64,000 nucleotides of DNA, from positions 224,001-288,000 of the forward strand of contig OY970218.1 of the NCBI GenBank assembly GCA_963713975.1, in the 5' to 3' direction. This DNA is from an uncultured Chloroflexia bacterium (GTDB taxonomy: Bacteria; Chloroflexota; Limnocylindria; Limnocylindrales; CSP1-4). A program made the translations under genes and the position numbers. Positions 15,306 through 24,972 of the stretch are shown here, in pieces (the stretch's first letter is position 1; every line of letters begins with the position of its first letter). The notes beneath the pieces are model-generated. The model worked only from the letters and a program-made list of their open reading frames with translations. It searched no databases and was not told the DNA's origin.

Positions 15306-18300
15306 ATGGCCCAGGCTCGCGAGGTTGTCCCGGTGATGGAACAGAAGGTCACGCCCAAGGCCCGTTCGGGCAAGACCGGGACCAAGGCAGGCGCGGCGGC
15401 CCGCAAGGGGCTCGGCGGCGTCTACGGTGCCAGCTTCACCGGCGAGGGGACCCGCGGCCTCACGTTCGAGCGCCGCTGGACCCGCCCCGGCGTCCATCCC
15501 TACGACGAGATCGCCTGGGAGTACCGCACCGCCGGCATCTCCAGCGAGAGCGGCAAGACCGTCTTCGAGCAGAAGGATGTCGAGGTCCCGGTCGCCTGGA
15601 GCCAGCTCGCGACCAACGTCGTGGTCAGCAAGTACTTCCGCGGGCACGTCGGCACGCCGGAACGCGAGCACAGCGTCCGGCAGCTGATCGACCGGGTCGT
15701 GAACACGATCGCCGCCTGGGCCGAGACCCAGCGCTACTTCGCCACGGACGAGGACCTGGCGGCGTTCCAGGCCGAGCTGACCCACCTGCTGGTCCACCAG
15801 AAGATGGCGTTCAACTCGCCCGTCTGGTTCAACGTCGGGATCGAGGCGAAGCCGCAATGCTCCGCCTGCTTCATCAACTCGGTCCAGGACAACATGAGCA
15901 GCATCATGGACCTGGCCAAGACCGAGGCCATGCTGTTCAAGTACGGCTCCGGCGCCGGTGTGAACCTGTCCCCCATCCGCTCGTCCAAGGCCAAGATGTC
16001 CGGTGGCGGCATCGCCAGCGGGCCCGTCAGCTTCATGCGTGGCTACGACGCGTTCGCGGGCGTGATCAAGTCGGGCGGCAAGACCCGCCGCGCGGCCAAG
16101 ATGGTCATCCTGGACGTGGACCATCCCGACGTCGTCGAGTTCATCGACAGCAAGGCGCACGAGGAGAAGAAGGCCTGGGCCCTCATCGAGCAGGGCTACG
16201 ACCCCTCGTTCACGGGCGAGGCATACGGCAGCGTCTTCTTCCAGAACGCCAACCACAGCGTCCGCGTGACCGACGACTTCATGAAGGCCGTCGAGCGTGA
16301 CGCCGAGTGGCAGACGCACGAGGTCAGCGACGGCCAGCCCGCCGGCACCTACAAGGCCCGCGACATCTTCCGCAAGATGGCCGACGCGGCCCACCTGTGC
16401 GGCGACCCCGGCATCCAGTACGACAGCACCATCAACGACTGGCACACCAGCCTGAACACGGACCGGATCTATGCGTCCAACCCGTGCTCGGAGTACATGT
16501 TCCTCAACGACACGGCCTGCAACCTGGCCTCCCTCAACCTGATGAAGTTCGTGAAGGAGGACGGCGAGTTCGACGTCGACGCCTTCCGCTTCGCGGCCAA
16601 GGTGACGATCACGGCGCAGGAGATCCTGGTCGACAACGCCAGCTATCCCACGCCCAGGATCGAGGAGAACAGCCACCGCTACCGGCCGCTGGGCCTGGGC
16701 TACGCGAACCTGGGCGCCCTGCTGATGAACCGGGGCTTCGCCTACGACTCCGAGGAGGGCCGCAACTACGCCGGCGCGATCACCGCGCTGATGCACGGCG
16801 AGGCCTACCGCCAGAGCGCGGTCATCGCCCGCGACCACGGCGGCGCCTTCGTGGACTACGACCTCAACCGCAGCTCGTTCCTGCGGGTGATCGCGAAGCA
16901 CCGGGACGCGGCCTACGCCCTGCCCGAGACCGGCGTCCCGCAGGAGATGCTGTCCAGCTCCCGCGGCCTGTACGACGAGGTCCTGGACCTCGGCACGGCC
17001 CACGGCTTCCGCAACGCGCAGGTCACCGTGCTCGCGCCCACCGGGACCATCGCGTTCATGATGGATTGCGACACGACCGGGATCGAGCCCGACATCGCGC
17101 TCATCAAGTACAAGAAGCTCGTCGGCGAGGGCTACCTCAAGATCGTCAACCAGACCGTGCCCGCGGCCCTGCGCAAGCTGGGCTACACCCCGGCCCAGGT
17201 CGAGGAGATCATCGCCTACGTCAACGAGCGCGAGACCATCGAGGGCGCGCCCGGCCTGAAGAATGAGCACCTGCCGGTCTTCGACTGCGCGTTCAAGCCG
17301 GTCAACGGCGAGCGGTCCATCCACTACATGGGCCACATCCGGATGATGGGCGCGGTCCAGCCGTTCCTGTCCGGAGCGATCAGCAAGACCGTCAACATGC
17401 CCGAGAACGCCACGGCCGAGGAGATCGAGACGGTCTACCTCGAGGGCTGGAAGCAGGGCCTCAAGGCCATCGCCATCTACCGCGACGGGTCCAAGCGCTC
17501 CCAGCCGCTGTCCACCGGCAAGAAGAAGGACGAGGGCTCGGCCGAGGACAAGGAGACGATCGACGGCCTGCGCCGGCAGCTTGCGGCCGCCCAGGTGGAG
17601 GCCACCCGGCCCCATCGCCGCCGCCTCCCGTCCGAGCGAACGGCCGTCACGCACAAGTTCGAGATCAACGGCCACGAGGGATACATCACCGTCGGGCTGT
17701 ACCCGGACGGCCAGCCGGGCGAGATCTTCCTCAAGATGGCCAAGGAAGGCTCCACGATCTCGGGGCTCATGGACACCCTGGCCACCTCGGTCAGCCTGGC
17801 GCTCCAGTACGGCGTGCCGCTGCGGGACGTGGTCAACAAGTTCGCCCACGTGCGCTTCGAGCCCAGCGGCTTCACCGGCAACCCGGAGATCCCGATTGCC
17901 AAGTCCCTCGTGGACTACATCTTCCGCTGGATGGGGAGCCGCTTCCTGCCGACCGACGAGAAGGGCGCCCTCGGGCTGATCGACCGCTCCGCGGTGGTCG
18001 CCGAGGCCCCGATGGCGTTCGGGGCGTCCGCCCTGCTGCCGCGGGCCGACGAGGGCATCACCGCCCAGTCGGAGGCGATCGCATCGGCTCCGGTTCCCGT
18101 TGTCGCCCCTGAGGACGTCGCCAAGGCGTCCACGGCCGTCGCCGCTCCGGCGGCCCCGTCGATCAGCGTGTCGGTGGACAAGCGTGATCTCGTGACCGTC
18201 GCCAGCAACGGCGCGGCCAACGGCTCCGCCGCCACCAACGGCAGCGGGAACGGCAAGCGGACGCTCGAGTCCTTTACCGGGTCCCTCGGCGGCTCCATCG

Positions 18301-18428
18301 GCGGCGCCAAGGTCGCCTTCGCCGCCCAGGCGGACGCCCCGTCCTGCGCCGAGTGCGGCTCGATCATGGTCCGCAACGGCAGCTGCTACAAGTGCCTCAA
18401 CTGCGGGTCCACGTCCGGCTGCAGCTGA
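15306..18428 (+). CDS. nrdJ: Vitamin B12-dependent (class II) ribonucleotide reductase with TSCPD and C-terminal zinc ribbon
   Basis: FNSPVWFN, CSACFI, GGKTRRAAKM, ASNPCSEY, ACNLAS, APTGTI, GAISKTVN, YRDGSK; C-terminal CAEC..CYKCLNCG..GCS. Confidence 0.97.
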   Translation: MAQAREVVPVMEQKVTPKARSGKTGTKAGAAARKGLGGVYGASFTGEGTRGLTFERRWTRPGVHPYDEIAWEYRTAGISSESGKTVFEQKDVEVPVAWSQLATNVVVSKYFRGHVGTPEREHSVRQLIDRVVNTIAAWAETQRYFATDEDLAAFQAELTHLLVHQKMAFNSPVWFNVGIEAKPQCSACFINSVQDNMSSIMDLAKTEAMLFKYGSGAGVNLSPIRSSKAKMSGGGIASGPVSFMRGYDAFAGVIKSGGKTRRAAKMVILDVDHPDVVEFIDSKAHEEKKAWALIEQGYDPSFTGEAYGSVFFQNANHSVRVTDDFMKAVERDAEWQTHEVSDGQPAGTYKARDIFRKMADAAHLCGDPGIQYDSTINDWHTSLNTDRIYASNPCSEYMFLNDTACNLASLNLMKFVKEDGEFDVDAFRFAAKVTITAQEILVDNASYPTPRIEENSHRYRPLGLGYANLGALLMNRGFAYDSEEGRNYAGAITALMHGEAYRQSAVIARDHGGAFVDYDLNRSSFLRVIAKHRDAAYALPETGVPQEMLSSSRGLYDEVLDLGTAHGFRNAQVTVLAPTGTIAFMMDCDTTGIEPDIALIKYKKLVGEGYLKIVNQTVPAALRKLGYTPAQVEEIIAYVNERETIEGAPGLKNEHLPVFDCAFKPVNGERSIHYMGHIRMMGAVQPFLSGAISKTVNMPENATAEEIETVYLEGWKQGLKAIAIYRDGSKRSQPLSTGKKKDEGSAEDKETIDGLRRQLAAAQVEATRPHRRRLPSERTAVTHKFEINGHEGYITVGLYPDGQPGEIFLKMAKEGSTISGLMDTLATSVSLALQYGVPLRDVVNKFAHVRFEPSGFTGNPEIPIAKSLVDYIFRWMGSRFLPTDEKGALGLIDRSAVVAEAPMAFGASALLPRADEGITAQSEAIASAPVPVVAPEDVAKASTAVAAPAAPSISVSVDKRDLVTVASNGAANGSAATNGSGNGKRTLESFTGSLGGSIGGAKVAFAAQADAPSCAECGSIMVRNGSCYKCLNCGSTSGCS

Positions 18429-18446
18429 CCAACGCGCGCCCCAAAC

Positions 18447-18477
18447 CAAAGCCCCGGGTGATCCGCCCGGGGCTTTG
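18447..18477 (+). terminator. Intrinsic terminator after nrdJ
   Basis: CAAAGCCCCGGG-7 nt-CCCGGGGCTTTG. Confidence 0.8.
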
Positions 18478-18592
18478 TGGTGCCGGGCGACGGCGGTCCC
18501 ACGCCAGAGGGGATAGAGTCGAACAGCGATCAGGCTTGAACACGAGGTCGGACTTGGCGAAACAGGATCGGGGCGGTCTCTCGGAGGCCAGG

Positions 18593-19018
18593 ATGGCAAA
18601 GCGACTCGGCCGGACCCTCGAGGTCGAGTTCGCGGGCAACGAGATCGTGGGCCTGGGCGGCGTGGCCGGCGGCCTGGCCGAGGTCGGCGACGAGGCCTGG
18701 GTGGCGCTGCAGGTCGAGGAGAAGCACACCCACCCGGCCGAGAACGTCCTGCAGTACTGGCCGTGGCTCGAGCGGAGCCGGCGGCGCCTGGTCCTGGTCC
18801 ACGCCATCGCCCCCAATGCCCGCAAGCGCTCCGGTCATCGCACGGACCTCACGAAATGGCTGGGCGCGATGATGGAGCGTGTCCTTCCCGGCCGCTTCAC
18901 CTACTGCCGCGTGGACCTCGGCACGAGCGACGAGGCCGCCCAGCTGGAGGCGGCCGCGGCCGCGATCCGTGCCCTCCGCCGCCCGTCCAGGGGTCGGGCC
19001 CTGGTCTCGGGGCTGTAG
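18593..19018 (+). CDS. Hypothetical protein
   Basis: GGAGG RBS then ATG 18593; strong GC3 bias. Confidence 0.7.
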   Translation: MAKRLGRTLEVEFAGNEIVGLGGVAGGLAEVGDEAWVALQVEEKHTHPAENVLQYWPWLERSRRRLVLVHAIAPNARKRSGHRTDLTKWLGAMMERVLPGRFTYCRVDLGTSDEAAQLEAAAAAIRALRRPSRGRALVSGL

Positions 19019-19060
19019 CGCTCGCACTTTGGGTGATCCGGGTGGCGGCGGCTTAATTTG

Positions 19061-19217
19061 TGCCGCCTACCGGTTCAACGGTCGGGTGCATCCGGGTTTG
19101 AGCCCTCCAGCGGCACGTTCGTCGCTCCGCGGCCCCTGACCAGCCGACAGGTGTGCCGCCCTGCGGCGCAAGTCACGTGGCACCCGACGGTTCATCCGCC
19201 CAGCGGCTCACGGGCGC
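19061..19217 (+). repeat. 157-bp dispersed palindromic repeat, copy 2
   Basis: About 91% identical to the reverse complement of 1474-1630; lies between convergent genes. Confidence 0.92.
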
Positions 19218-19268
19218 TCGTAGGAGGCAACCGGTTCGGTCTGTGCCGACCGGCCGGCGCGGGCCCGG

Positions 19269-20291
19269 CTACGCGGGCTCGAGCAGGTCGTCCAGCTCCC
19301 GGTCCAGCTCGTGCTCCCATGACTGGCGACGGACCGGCCGGGCGCCCCGCCAGGTGCGCGCCCTCGACTTGACGCCCTCGACGATATCGGGACCTGCCGG
19401 CGCAGCGAGCTTGAGGGCCGCCCTGAGCGGCATGACCATGGTCTCGGCGGAGGCGCCGTCGGCGGGCGACAGCCGTCGCACGAGGTCCAGGACGGCCGGC
19501 AGGTCCGTGATGTCGCCCTGGCGCCCGAGGCCGGCCGCGGCCTGGCTGGCGGCGAAGACGTCGTCCGATGCGAGGATCGGCCGCAGCGCGCCGGCGACAG
19601 CCGGGTCCGGGTCCCAGCCGGCGAGCTGGACGAGCGCCTGGTGCCGGGGACCGGATCCCGGCGCCCCGAGATCCGCGATCAGCTGCGTCCTGCGTTCCGG
19701 CGTCTGGAGGCTCGTCGGCATCCGCAGCAGGTCCGCCTGGACCTCCTGCTGGATCTCGGGGGTGATCTCGAAGCCCAGCGGGCTGTACTGCCGGAACCCC
19801 ATGTCCGCCAGCCGCTCCGACACTGCGCCCGGGACAGCCTCCTCGGCGTCATCGGGTGCATCGTGTGCGCCGGCCTGGATCTCTGAGAGCGCCTCCTCGG
19901 CCGCCTCGACGTGCGGCTCGATGCCATCGGAGGTCAGCGGGCCGTCCGCGTACGGGGCCGGCAACCCGACCGCCTCGCGCTGGGGATCGTAGACGGCAAG
20001 CCCGGCCCGCCACGCCGCCTCGCCGACCGCCGTCGTGATCTCCTCGACGCGGCTCCACGGGATCCCGATCGAGACATGCGAGCGATGGACGTCGAACTCG
20101 AACGCCGGCTGCATCTCGCCACGCCCCCGCAGGCCTCGGTAGCGTCGCTCCATCGCCTCGATGAACGGATCGAGCCGCTTGTCGTGGCCAAAGGCGAAGC
20201 CCGAGGACCGGGCAAGCCGGTCGACCTCGGCGGAGGCCTCCTCGGCCGTGAGGGCGCGATCGACGGGCAGGACGAAGAGGTCGAAGCTCAC
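19269..20291 (-). CDS. Hypothetical protein with C-terminal HEAT-like repeats
   Basis: GGAG RBS then GTG (SFDLFVL). GLAVYDPQ N-domain; RHQALVQLA and ASQAAAGLGRQGD HEAT-like helices. Confidence 0.75.
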   Translation of the reverse strand: MSFDLFVLPVDRALTAEEASAEVDRLARSSGFAFGHDKRLDPFIEAMERRYRGLRGRGEMQPAFEFDVHRSHVSIGIPWSRVEEITTAVGEAAWRAGLAVYDPQREAVGLPAPYADGPLTSDGIEPHVEAAEEALSEIQAGAHDAPDDAEEAVPGAVSERLADMGFRQYSPLGFEITPEIQQEVQADLLRMPTSLQTPERRTQLIADLGAPGSGPRHQALVQLAGWDPDPAVAGALRPILASDDVFAASQAAAGLGRQGDITDLPAVLDLVRRLSPADGASAETMVMPLRAALKLAAPAGPDIVEGVKSRARTWRGARPVRRQSWEHELDRELDDLLEPA

Positions 20292-20450
20292 GATGCGATC
20301 TCCCGTACCGACATGGTCTCCCTTCGCTGACCGGCGACGCGCGTCGGCGATGCCGAACCCGGTGTCGGTGCCAGTATCGTCCAGATGGACCTTTCGCCCC
20401 GTACGGCCCGGATGCATCCTTGATTCGACCGCCGTATGGAGGTGTTGACG

Positions 20451-20651
20451 ATGCAGGCCAAGGTCGGTGACCGGATCGCGATCGAGTCGGAGCGCGTGGG
20501 CAAGAAGGACCGCCTCGGGGAGGTCCTGGAGGTGATGGACTCGCCCCTCGGAATCAACCTCCGGGTCCGATGGGACGACGGCCACGAGAGCGAGATTCGC
20601 CCCAAGGCGGGCAGCGCCCGGATCCTCACGGCCGCACCCAGGTCCGGGTGA
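20451..20651 (+). CDS. DUF1918 domain protein
   Basis: MQAKVGDRI..RLGEVLEV..RVRWDDGHES.I.P; GGAGG RBS. Confidence 0.85.
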   Translation: MQAKVGDRIAIESERVGKKDRLGEVLEVMDSPLGINLRVRWDDGHESEIRPKAGSARILTAAPRSG

Positions 20652-20681
20652 CACCGCCCCGCGACCCTCCAACCCCGCGGA

Positions 20682-21332
20682 TCAGGCCTGCGCTGCCCCG
20701 CGACCCGCGAGGTAGCCGCCGAACCCGGTGATCCACAGGATGATCGGGTACACGATCCAGCGCTCCACGCCGCCAATGCCGAGCCCGGCCAGCGGCATCG
20801 CATCGCCCATCGTCATGTAGCCCACCAGGGTGAGCAGGGCGGTCGCCCCGCACAGCAGCGAGAGCCAGCGGAATGGCCCGGACGTGACCAGCGAGCCGGT
20901 GAGGGCCGCGATGCCGCCCGCGATGAAGGTCGCCATCGCGAACAGGGCGTGGGGCGTGCCCGTATTGCCGGGGAAGACGCCGACCCCGAGCGCGCCGATG
21001 CCCAGGACCGCGATGGGGATGGTGACGGCCCGCCGGCCGAGCCCGCGATGGACGAGCAGCGCGGCGGCGATGACGAGGATCCCGACAGCGATCATCGACC
21101 CGTCGAAGATGCTCGCCGACGGCTGGAAGACGAGGTCATCGGGCGGCTCGGTCCCACCCAGGTCGCTGATCTCGTTGCCGCCGGTCGTGTACGGCAGGGG
21201 GTAGAGCGCCTCGGCGCTGATGATCCCCAGGAGGATGATCAAACCGGCGAGGAACAGGAGGGCTCCACCGGCTCGCAGCGAGGCGGCAACCCCGGCCGGC
21301 CTCGAGGCGAACCGGGCCGGCTCCCCGCTCAT
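20682..21332 (-). CDS. DUF998 membrane protein
   Basis: N.ISDLG, GVGVFP..H and GGVER...YP motifs; ATGA overlap with the upstream small gene. Confidence 0.85.
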   Translation of the reverse strand: MSGEPARFASRPAGVAASLRAGGALLFLAGLIILLGIISAEALYPLPYTTGGNEISDLGGTEPPDDLVFQPSASIFDGSMIAVGILVIAAALLVHRGLGRRAVTIPIAVLGIGALGVGVFPGNTGTPHALFAMATFIAGGIAALTGSLVTSGPFRWLSLLCGATALLTLVGYMTMGDAMPLAGLGIGGVERWIVYPIILWITGFGGYLAGRGAAQA

Positions 21333-21493
21333 GCCGGGCTCCATGGCCCTGCCAGCGCGAGCCAGACCAGGGCGATATTGATCCCCGGGCCCGGCAGCAG
21401 CATGGGCAAGAACGCGAGGACCAGCAGCGCGGCCGCGGCCACCGACGAGCCGAGGACCGCCAGGGGAGCCAGGCTCCGGAGCATGCGGGTCAT
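21329..21493 (-). CDS. Small hydrophobic protein (54 aa) coupled to DUF998
   Basis: GAGG RBS, two hydrophobic segments, stop overlaps the DUF998 start. Confidence 0.6.
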   Translation of the reverse strand: MTRMLRSLAPLAVLGSSVAAAALLVLAFLPMLLPGPGINIALVWLALAGPWSPA

Positions 21494-21661
21494 GGACACC
21501 TCTGCTGGATGCGCGGGCCAGTCGGCGACCGATCCGCGGTGCCTAGGGTGCCGGGGCAGGGCACGCGCGCCCAAGGGCCGACGGGTCTCTCGGCCCGGGC
21601 CATGTGGGTGGCAGGTCGCTGCCAGACGGCCACACGGCGCTGGAGTCAACGGCCCGCCGGT

Positions 21662-21821
21662 GTGGGCCCCCAATTCGATCTCAACCTAGATCAGGCCACG
21701 CTGGGAGCCGTCACGGTGATGCGGCTGTGGATCGGATCGGCGGTCGACAAGCGTGGCTGCAGCCGTCATGGGTGAGTTCCGGCTCTCCGCCACGCTGCGA
21801 GATCCCGATTCCGATGCCAAC
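21662..21821 (-). pseudogene. Degraded copy of the unknown VGIGIG-SQRGG gene
   Basis: Reads VGIGIGISQRGGEPELTHDG, frameshifts, then VDRRSDPQPHHRDGSQRGLI*VEIELG. Homologous to 11177-11219. Confidence 0.55.
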
Positions 21822-21826
21822 CTGAC

Positions 21827-22216
21827 TCAGCCGGGAAGCTCGCCCCGGGCAAGCGTGTCCCGCAGCGCCGACGGGTCCTCGCTCGCCAGAACCATCCTCC
21901 CGTCCCCGGTCATGTAGAGGAGGTCCACGTTCACACCGGCCTCCGCGACCCGGCGCAGCAGCGCCGCGGCGGATCCTGGTGCGTTGGCCACCGCGACCAC
22001 GGTGACGTCGCGCTCGGAGCAGATCTCGAAGCCGGCGTCGATCAAGGAGCGCTCCGCCTGGGTCGCGTCGGAGACCAGCAGGTGGAGCTCGCCGCGGCCG
22101 TCGCGGACCATGCCGCAGGCCCCATCGATGTTCACCCCCGCCCGGCCTAGCGTGTCGCACGCCGCAGCGAGGGAGCCTGGCCGGTCAACCAGGCAGATGG
22201 TCAGCTCGATCGTCAT
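21827..22216 (-). CDS. Tandem ACT domain protein
   Basis: DRPGSLA..LGRAGVNID and NAPGSAA..VAEAGVNVD; AGGAGG RBS. Confidence 0.88.
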   Translation of the reverse strand: MTIELTICLVDRPGSLAAACDTLGRAGVNIDGACGMVRDGRGELHLLVSDATQAERSLIDAGFEICSERDVTVVAVANAPGSAAALLRRVAEAGVNVDLLYMTGDGRMVLASEDPSALRDTLARGELPG

Positions 22217-22326
22217 CAAGCGCCTCCTATGGAACCTGTCGGGTCCATTGTCGCGCTCGTGTCACGAACTCCGGCAGCGGTCGACGGGACGCGGCTCGGG
22301 GGCATCAGGCGGTGGCCTGGGGACGA

Positions 22327-22602
22327 TCAGATGATGGCCACGATCCGCGGCATCGGCACATGCCATCCGATCAGCTCGCAGCCCAGCAGGTGGGGCGCCC
22401 CATCTCCGGGCGTGCACGCCGGGCAGCCCCACGGCGTGAGCCCGCCGTCGTCGGCCAGGTAGGCGACGTCACACGCGCTCTCCACGGGATCACAGTTGCG
22501 GCCGTGGCACTCGCAGTTGCAGTGGAGCCAGTGCTCGCAGGTGCACGTGGCGTCGGGCGCCGGCGCACGCAGGACCGATGCCGGAAACGGGGACGCTTGC
22601 AT
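22327..22602 (-). CDS. Cys/His-rich small protein (metallothionein/zinc-finger-like)
   Basis: AGGAG RBS then ATG 22602; 91 aa with 10 Cys and 5 His. Confidence 0.62.
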   Translation of the reverse strand: MQASPFPASVLRAPAPDATCTCEHWLHCNCECHGRNCDPVESACDVAYLADDGGLTPWGCPACTPGDGAPHLLGCELIGWHVPMPRIVAII

Positions 22603-22822
22603 GAGGCTGCTCCTGGACACGGCCATCGCGCGGCGAACGACCCTTCGCAACCCGGTGGCGCCTGCGATTGTGCGCCATCGGGTCAACCACGGTGGAGCGC
22701 CCGTGTTGGAGCGCCCGGATGGTGCGGCTGGACAGGCCGCAGCGCCGGTGCATCCACCGGTTCGTGCTCCAGCCCCGGTTACCGGCCGCGTATGCTCAGG
22801 GTCCACGTCACTGGAGGCTCCC

Positions 22823-23686
22823 TTGGCCAGCGTCGCCGTCCTGACCGACTCCACCGCCGACCTGTCGCCCGGGCAGGCCGCCAGCGCGGGGGTCACCGTC
22901 GTCCCGCTCTACGTCCGGTTCGGCGCCGAGGAGCTCCGGGCCGGCGTCGACCTCACGACGGAGGGGTTCTGGGAGAAGATGCTCGCTCCCGGGACGGAGA
23001 TCCCCACGACCTCGGCACCCTCGATCGGCGACTTCACGGCTGCCTTCGAGGCCGCCTTCGCCGCCGGTGCCGGCGCGATCGTCTGCCCCACGCTCGGCCA
23101 CAAGCTCTCCGCCACGTTCCAGAGCGCCACCCTCGCTGCGGAGCAGATGCCGGACCGCGAGATCCACCTGATCGACACCGGTTCCACCTCCATGTCGACC
23201 GGCATCCCGGCCCTGATGGCGGCCGACCTCGCCCGGACCGGCATGGCCGCCGCCGACATCGCGTCCGAGATCCGCAGGCGCCTGCCGGACGTGGACCTGT
23301 TCGTGGCCGTGGACACGCTCGAGTACCTGCGCAAGGGTGGCCGGCTGTCCGCCGCCCGCGCAGTGGTGGGCTCGATGCTGTCCGTCAAGCCGATCATCAC
23401 CGTTACCGACGGCGCGGTGGTCATGGCCGACAAGGAGCGCAGCCGGGCGAAGGCCCGCGCCCTGGTCATCGCAAAGATCGCCGAGGCGCCCGTTGAGCGG
23501 CTGGCCATCCTGCACACGCCCACCAGCCCGACCGAGGAGGTCGAGGCCTTCCGGGCCCAGCTGCTTGCGGCCATCCCGGGCGGCGTTGACCCGGCGATGG
23601 TCACGACGGGGCTCATCGGCGCGTCGACCGGCCCGCACCTGGGTCCCGACCTGATGGGCGCCGCGTTCCTGCGAGCGGCGGTCTGA
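22823..23686 (+). CDS. DegV/FakB fatty-acid-binding protein
   Basis: VLTDSTADL, PTTSAPS, LSATFQSA, LEYLRKGGR and H.GP motifs; GGAGG then TTG start. Confidence 0.92.
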   Translation: MASVAVLTDSTADLSPGQAASAGVTVVPLYVRFGAEELRAGVDLTTEGFWEKMLAPGTEIPTTSAPSIGDFTAAFEAAFAAGAGAIVCPTLGHKLSATFQSATLAAEQMPDREIHLIDTGSTSMSTGIPALMAADLARTGMAAADIASEIRRRLPDVDLFVAVDTLEYLRKGGRLSAARAVVGSMLSVKPIITVTDGAVVMADKERSRAKARALVIAKIAEAPVERLAILHTPTSPTEEVEAFRAQLLAAIPGGVDPAMVTTGLIGASTGPHLGPDLMGAAFLRAAV

Positions 23687-23744
23687 GGGAGCTTGCGCCC
23701 GCCGGACGGAGACTGACTCGAACCGTCCGCGAGTCGTCCGGCCT

Positions 23745-23770
23745 TGTATCAATGTGATATCATTCTGATC
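23745..23770. promoter_or_regulatory. Probable RHH operator/promoter of the SPFH operon
   Basis: AT-rich TGTATCA, TGATATCA (palindrome) and TGATC at 10-11 bp spacing, upstream of SPFH plus Arc-like gene. Confidence 0.55.
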
Positions 23771-23809
23771 GCGCCGGATGTTGCGCGACCAGGAGAGAAG
23801 AGTCACGCG

Positions 23810-24712
23810 ATGAACAAGGAACGACTTGCCCGGACACTGCCCGGAATCCCGATGCTGCTCGGCCTCATCGTCCTCGCCGCTGCCCTGCTGCTCGGGATCA
23901 TCTGGTACATCGCCGCGGTCCTCGAGCCGGCCCCCGACAACGTCGGACTGGCCGAGGTGGTGCCCATCGTGGTGCTGACCCTCGCGTTCGTCGCGACCTG
24001 CATCGGCTTCGGCGGGTTGACGCCCGTCAATCCGAACCAGGCCCGCGCCCTCGTGCTGTTCGGCAAGTACCGCGGCACGGTGCATGCGCAGGGTCTCCAC
24101 TGGGTGAACCCGTTCAGCGAGCGCCGCAGGATCTCGGTCCGCGTCCGCAACTTCGAGACGTCCAAGCTCAAGGTCAACGACAAGGACGGCAACCCGATCG
24201 AGATCGCGGCCGTCGTGGTGTGGAAGGTCACCGACACCGCAGAGGCCCTGTTCGAGGTCGATGACTACGAGAACTTCGTCAGCGTCCAGGCCGAGGCCGC
24301 GCTCCGGAACCTCGCGACCTCACATCCCTACGACACGCATCTGGACGACCAGGTCGCCCTCCGGGCCAACCAGGCCGAGGTCGCCGACCAGCTCCGCCAG
24401 GAGATCCAGGACCGCCTGGAGAAGGCCGGCGTCCTGGTCATCGAGGCCCGGATCAGCCACCTCGCCTACGCGGCCGAGATCGCCAACGCGATGCTCCGCC
24501 GCCAGCAGGCCAACGCGGTGATCGCGGCACGCACGCGGATCGTCGAGGGCGCCGTCGGCATGGTGGAGATGGCCCTCGAGATGCTGTCCGCGAAGAACGT
24601 GGTGGAGCTTGACGAGGAGCGCAAGGCGCAGATGGTGAGCAACCTGCTCGTCGTCCTGTGCTCGGAGCACGAGACGCAGCCGGTGGTCAACGCCGGGACG
24701 CTGTACCAGTAG
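23810..24712 (+). CDS. SPFH/band 7 domain membrane protein
   Basis: [43 protein letters not shown] and NAGTLY motifs. Confidence 0.93.
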   Translation: MNKERLARTLPGIPMLLGLIVLAAALLLGIIWYIAAVLEPAPDNVGLAEVVPIVVLTLAFVATCIGFGGLTPVNPNQARALVLFGKYRGTVHAQGLHWVNPFSERRRISVRVRNFETSKLKVNDKDGNPIEIAAVVVWKVTDTAEALFEVDDYENFVSVQAEAALRNLATSHPYDTHLDDQVALRANQAEVADQLRQEIQDRLEKAGVLVIEARISHLAYAAEIANAMLRRQQANAVIAARTRIVEGAVGMVEMALEMLSAKNVVELDEERKAQMVSNLLVVLCSEHETQPVVNAGTLYQ

Positions 24713-24758
24713 GCCCGACCGACGGCGGAGCGGGTTCGATCGACCGGGAGCCCCCACC

Positions 24759-24953
24759 ATGGCCGCACGCAAGCCGTTCCTGCTCCGCCTCGATCCCGAG
24801 ACGTTCGCGGCCCTCCAGCGGTGGGCCGCGGACGACCTCCGATCGATGAACGGCCAGGCCGAGTTCCTGCTCCGCCGGGCCCTATCTGATGCCGGGCGCC
24901 TGCCCGAGCGGCGATCTCCCTCGGCACGCGATTCGCCGGACGATCGGACGTAG
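24759..24953 (+). CDS. Arc/ribbon-helix-helix DNA-binding protein
   Basis: [27 protein letters not shown]; typical partner of this SPFH family. Confidence 0.88.
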   Translation: MAARKPFLLRLDPETFAALQRWAADDLRSMNGQAEFLLRRALSDAGRLPERRSPSARDSPDDRT

Positions 24954-24972
24954 CCGCTACCGTGGGCGGTGC

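Noticed and set aside
15135-18599. 1154-aa minus-strand ORF and other long overlapping ORFs (e.g. 46722-49472, 52448-54571, 45253-47127)
   Set aside because: Antisense shadows of real high-GC genes; no motifs, and composition reflects the reversed codon bias.
24759-24953. HicB-like antitoxin call
   Set aside because: No adjacent toxin; context fits an Arc-type regulator of the SPFH gene.
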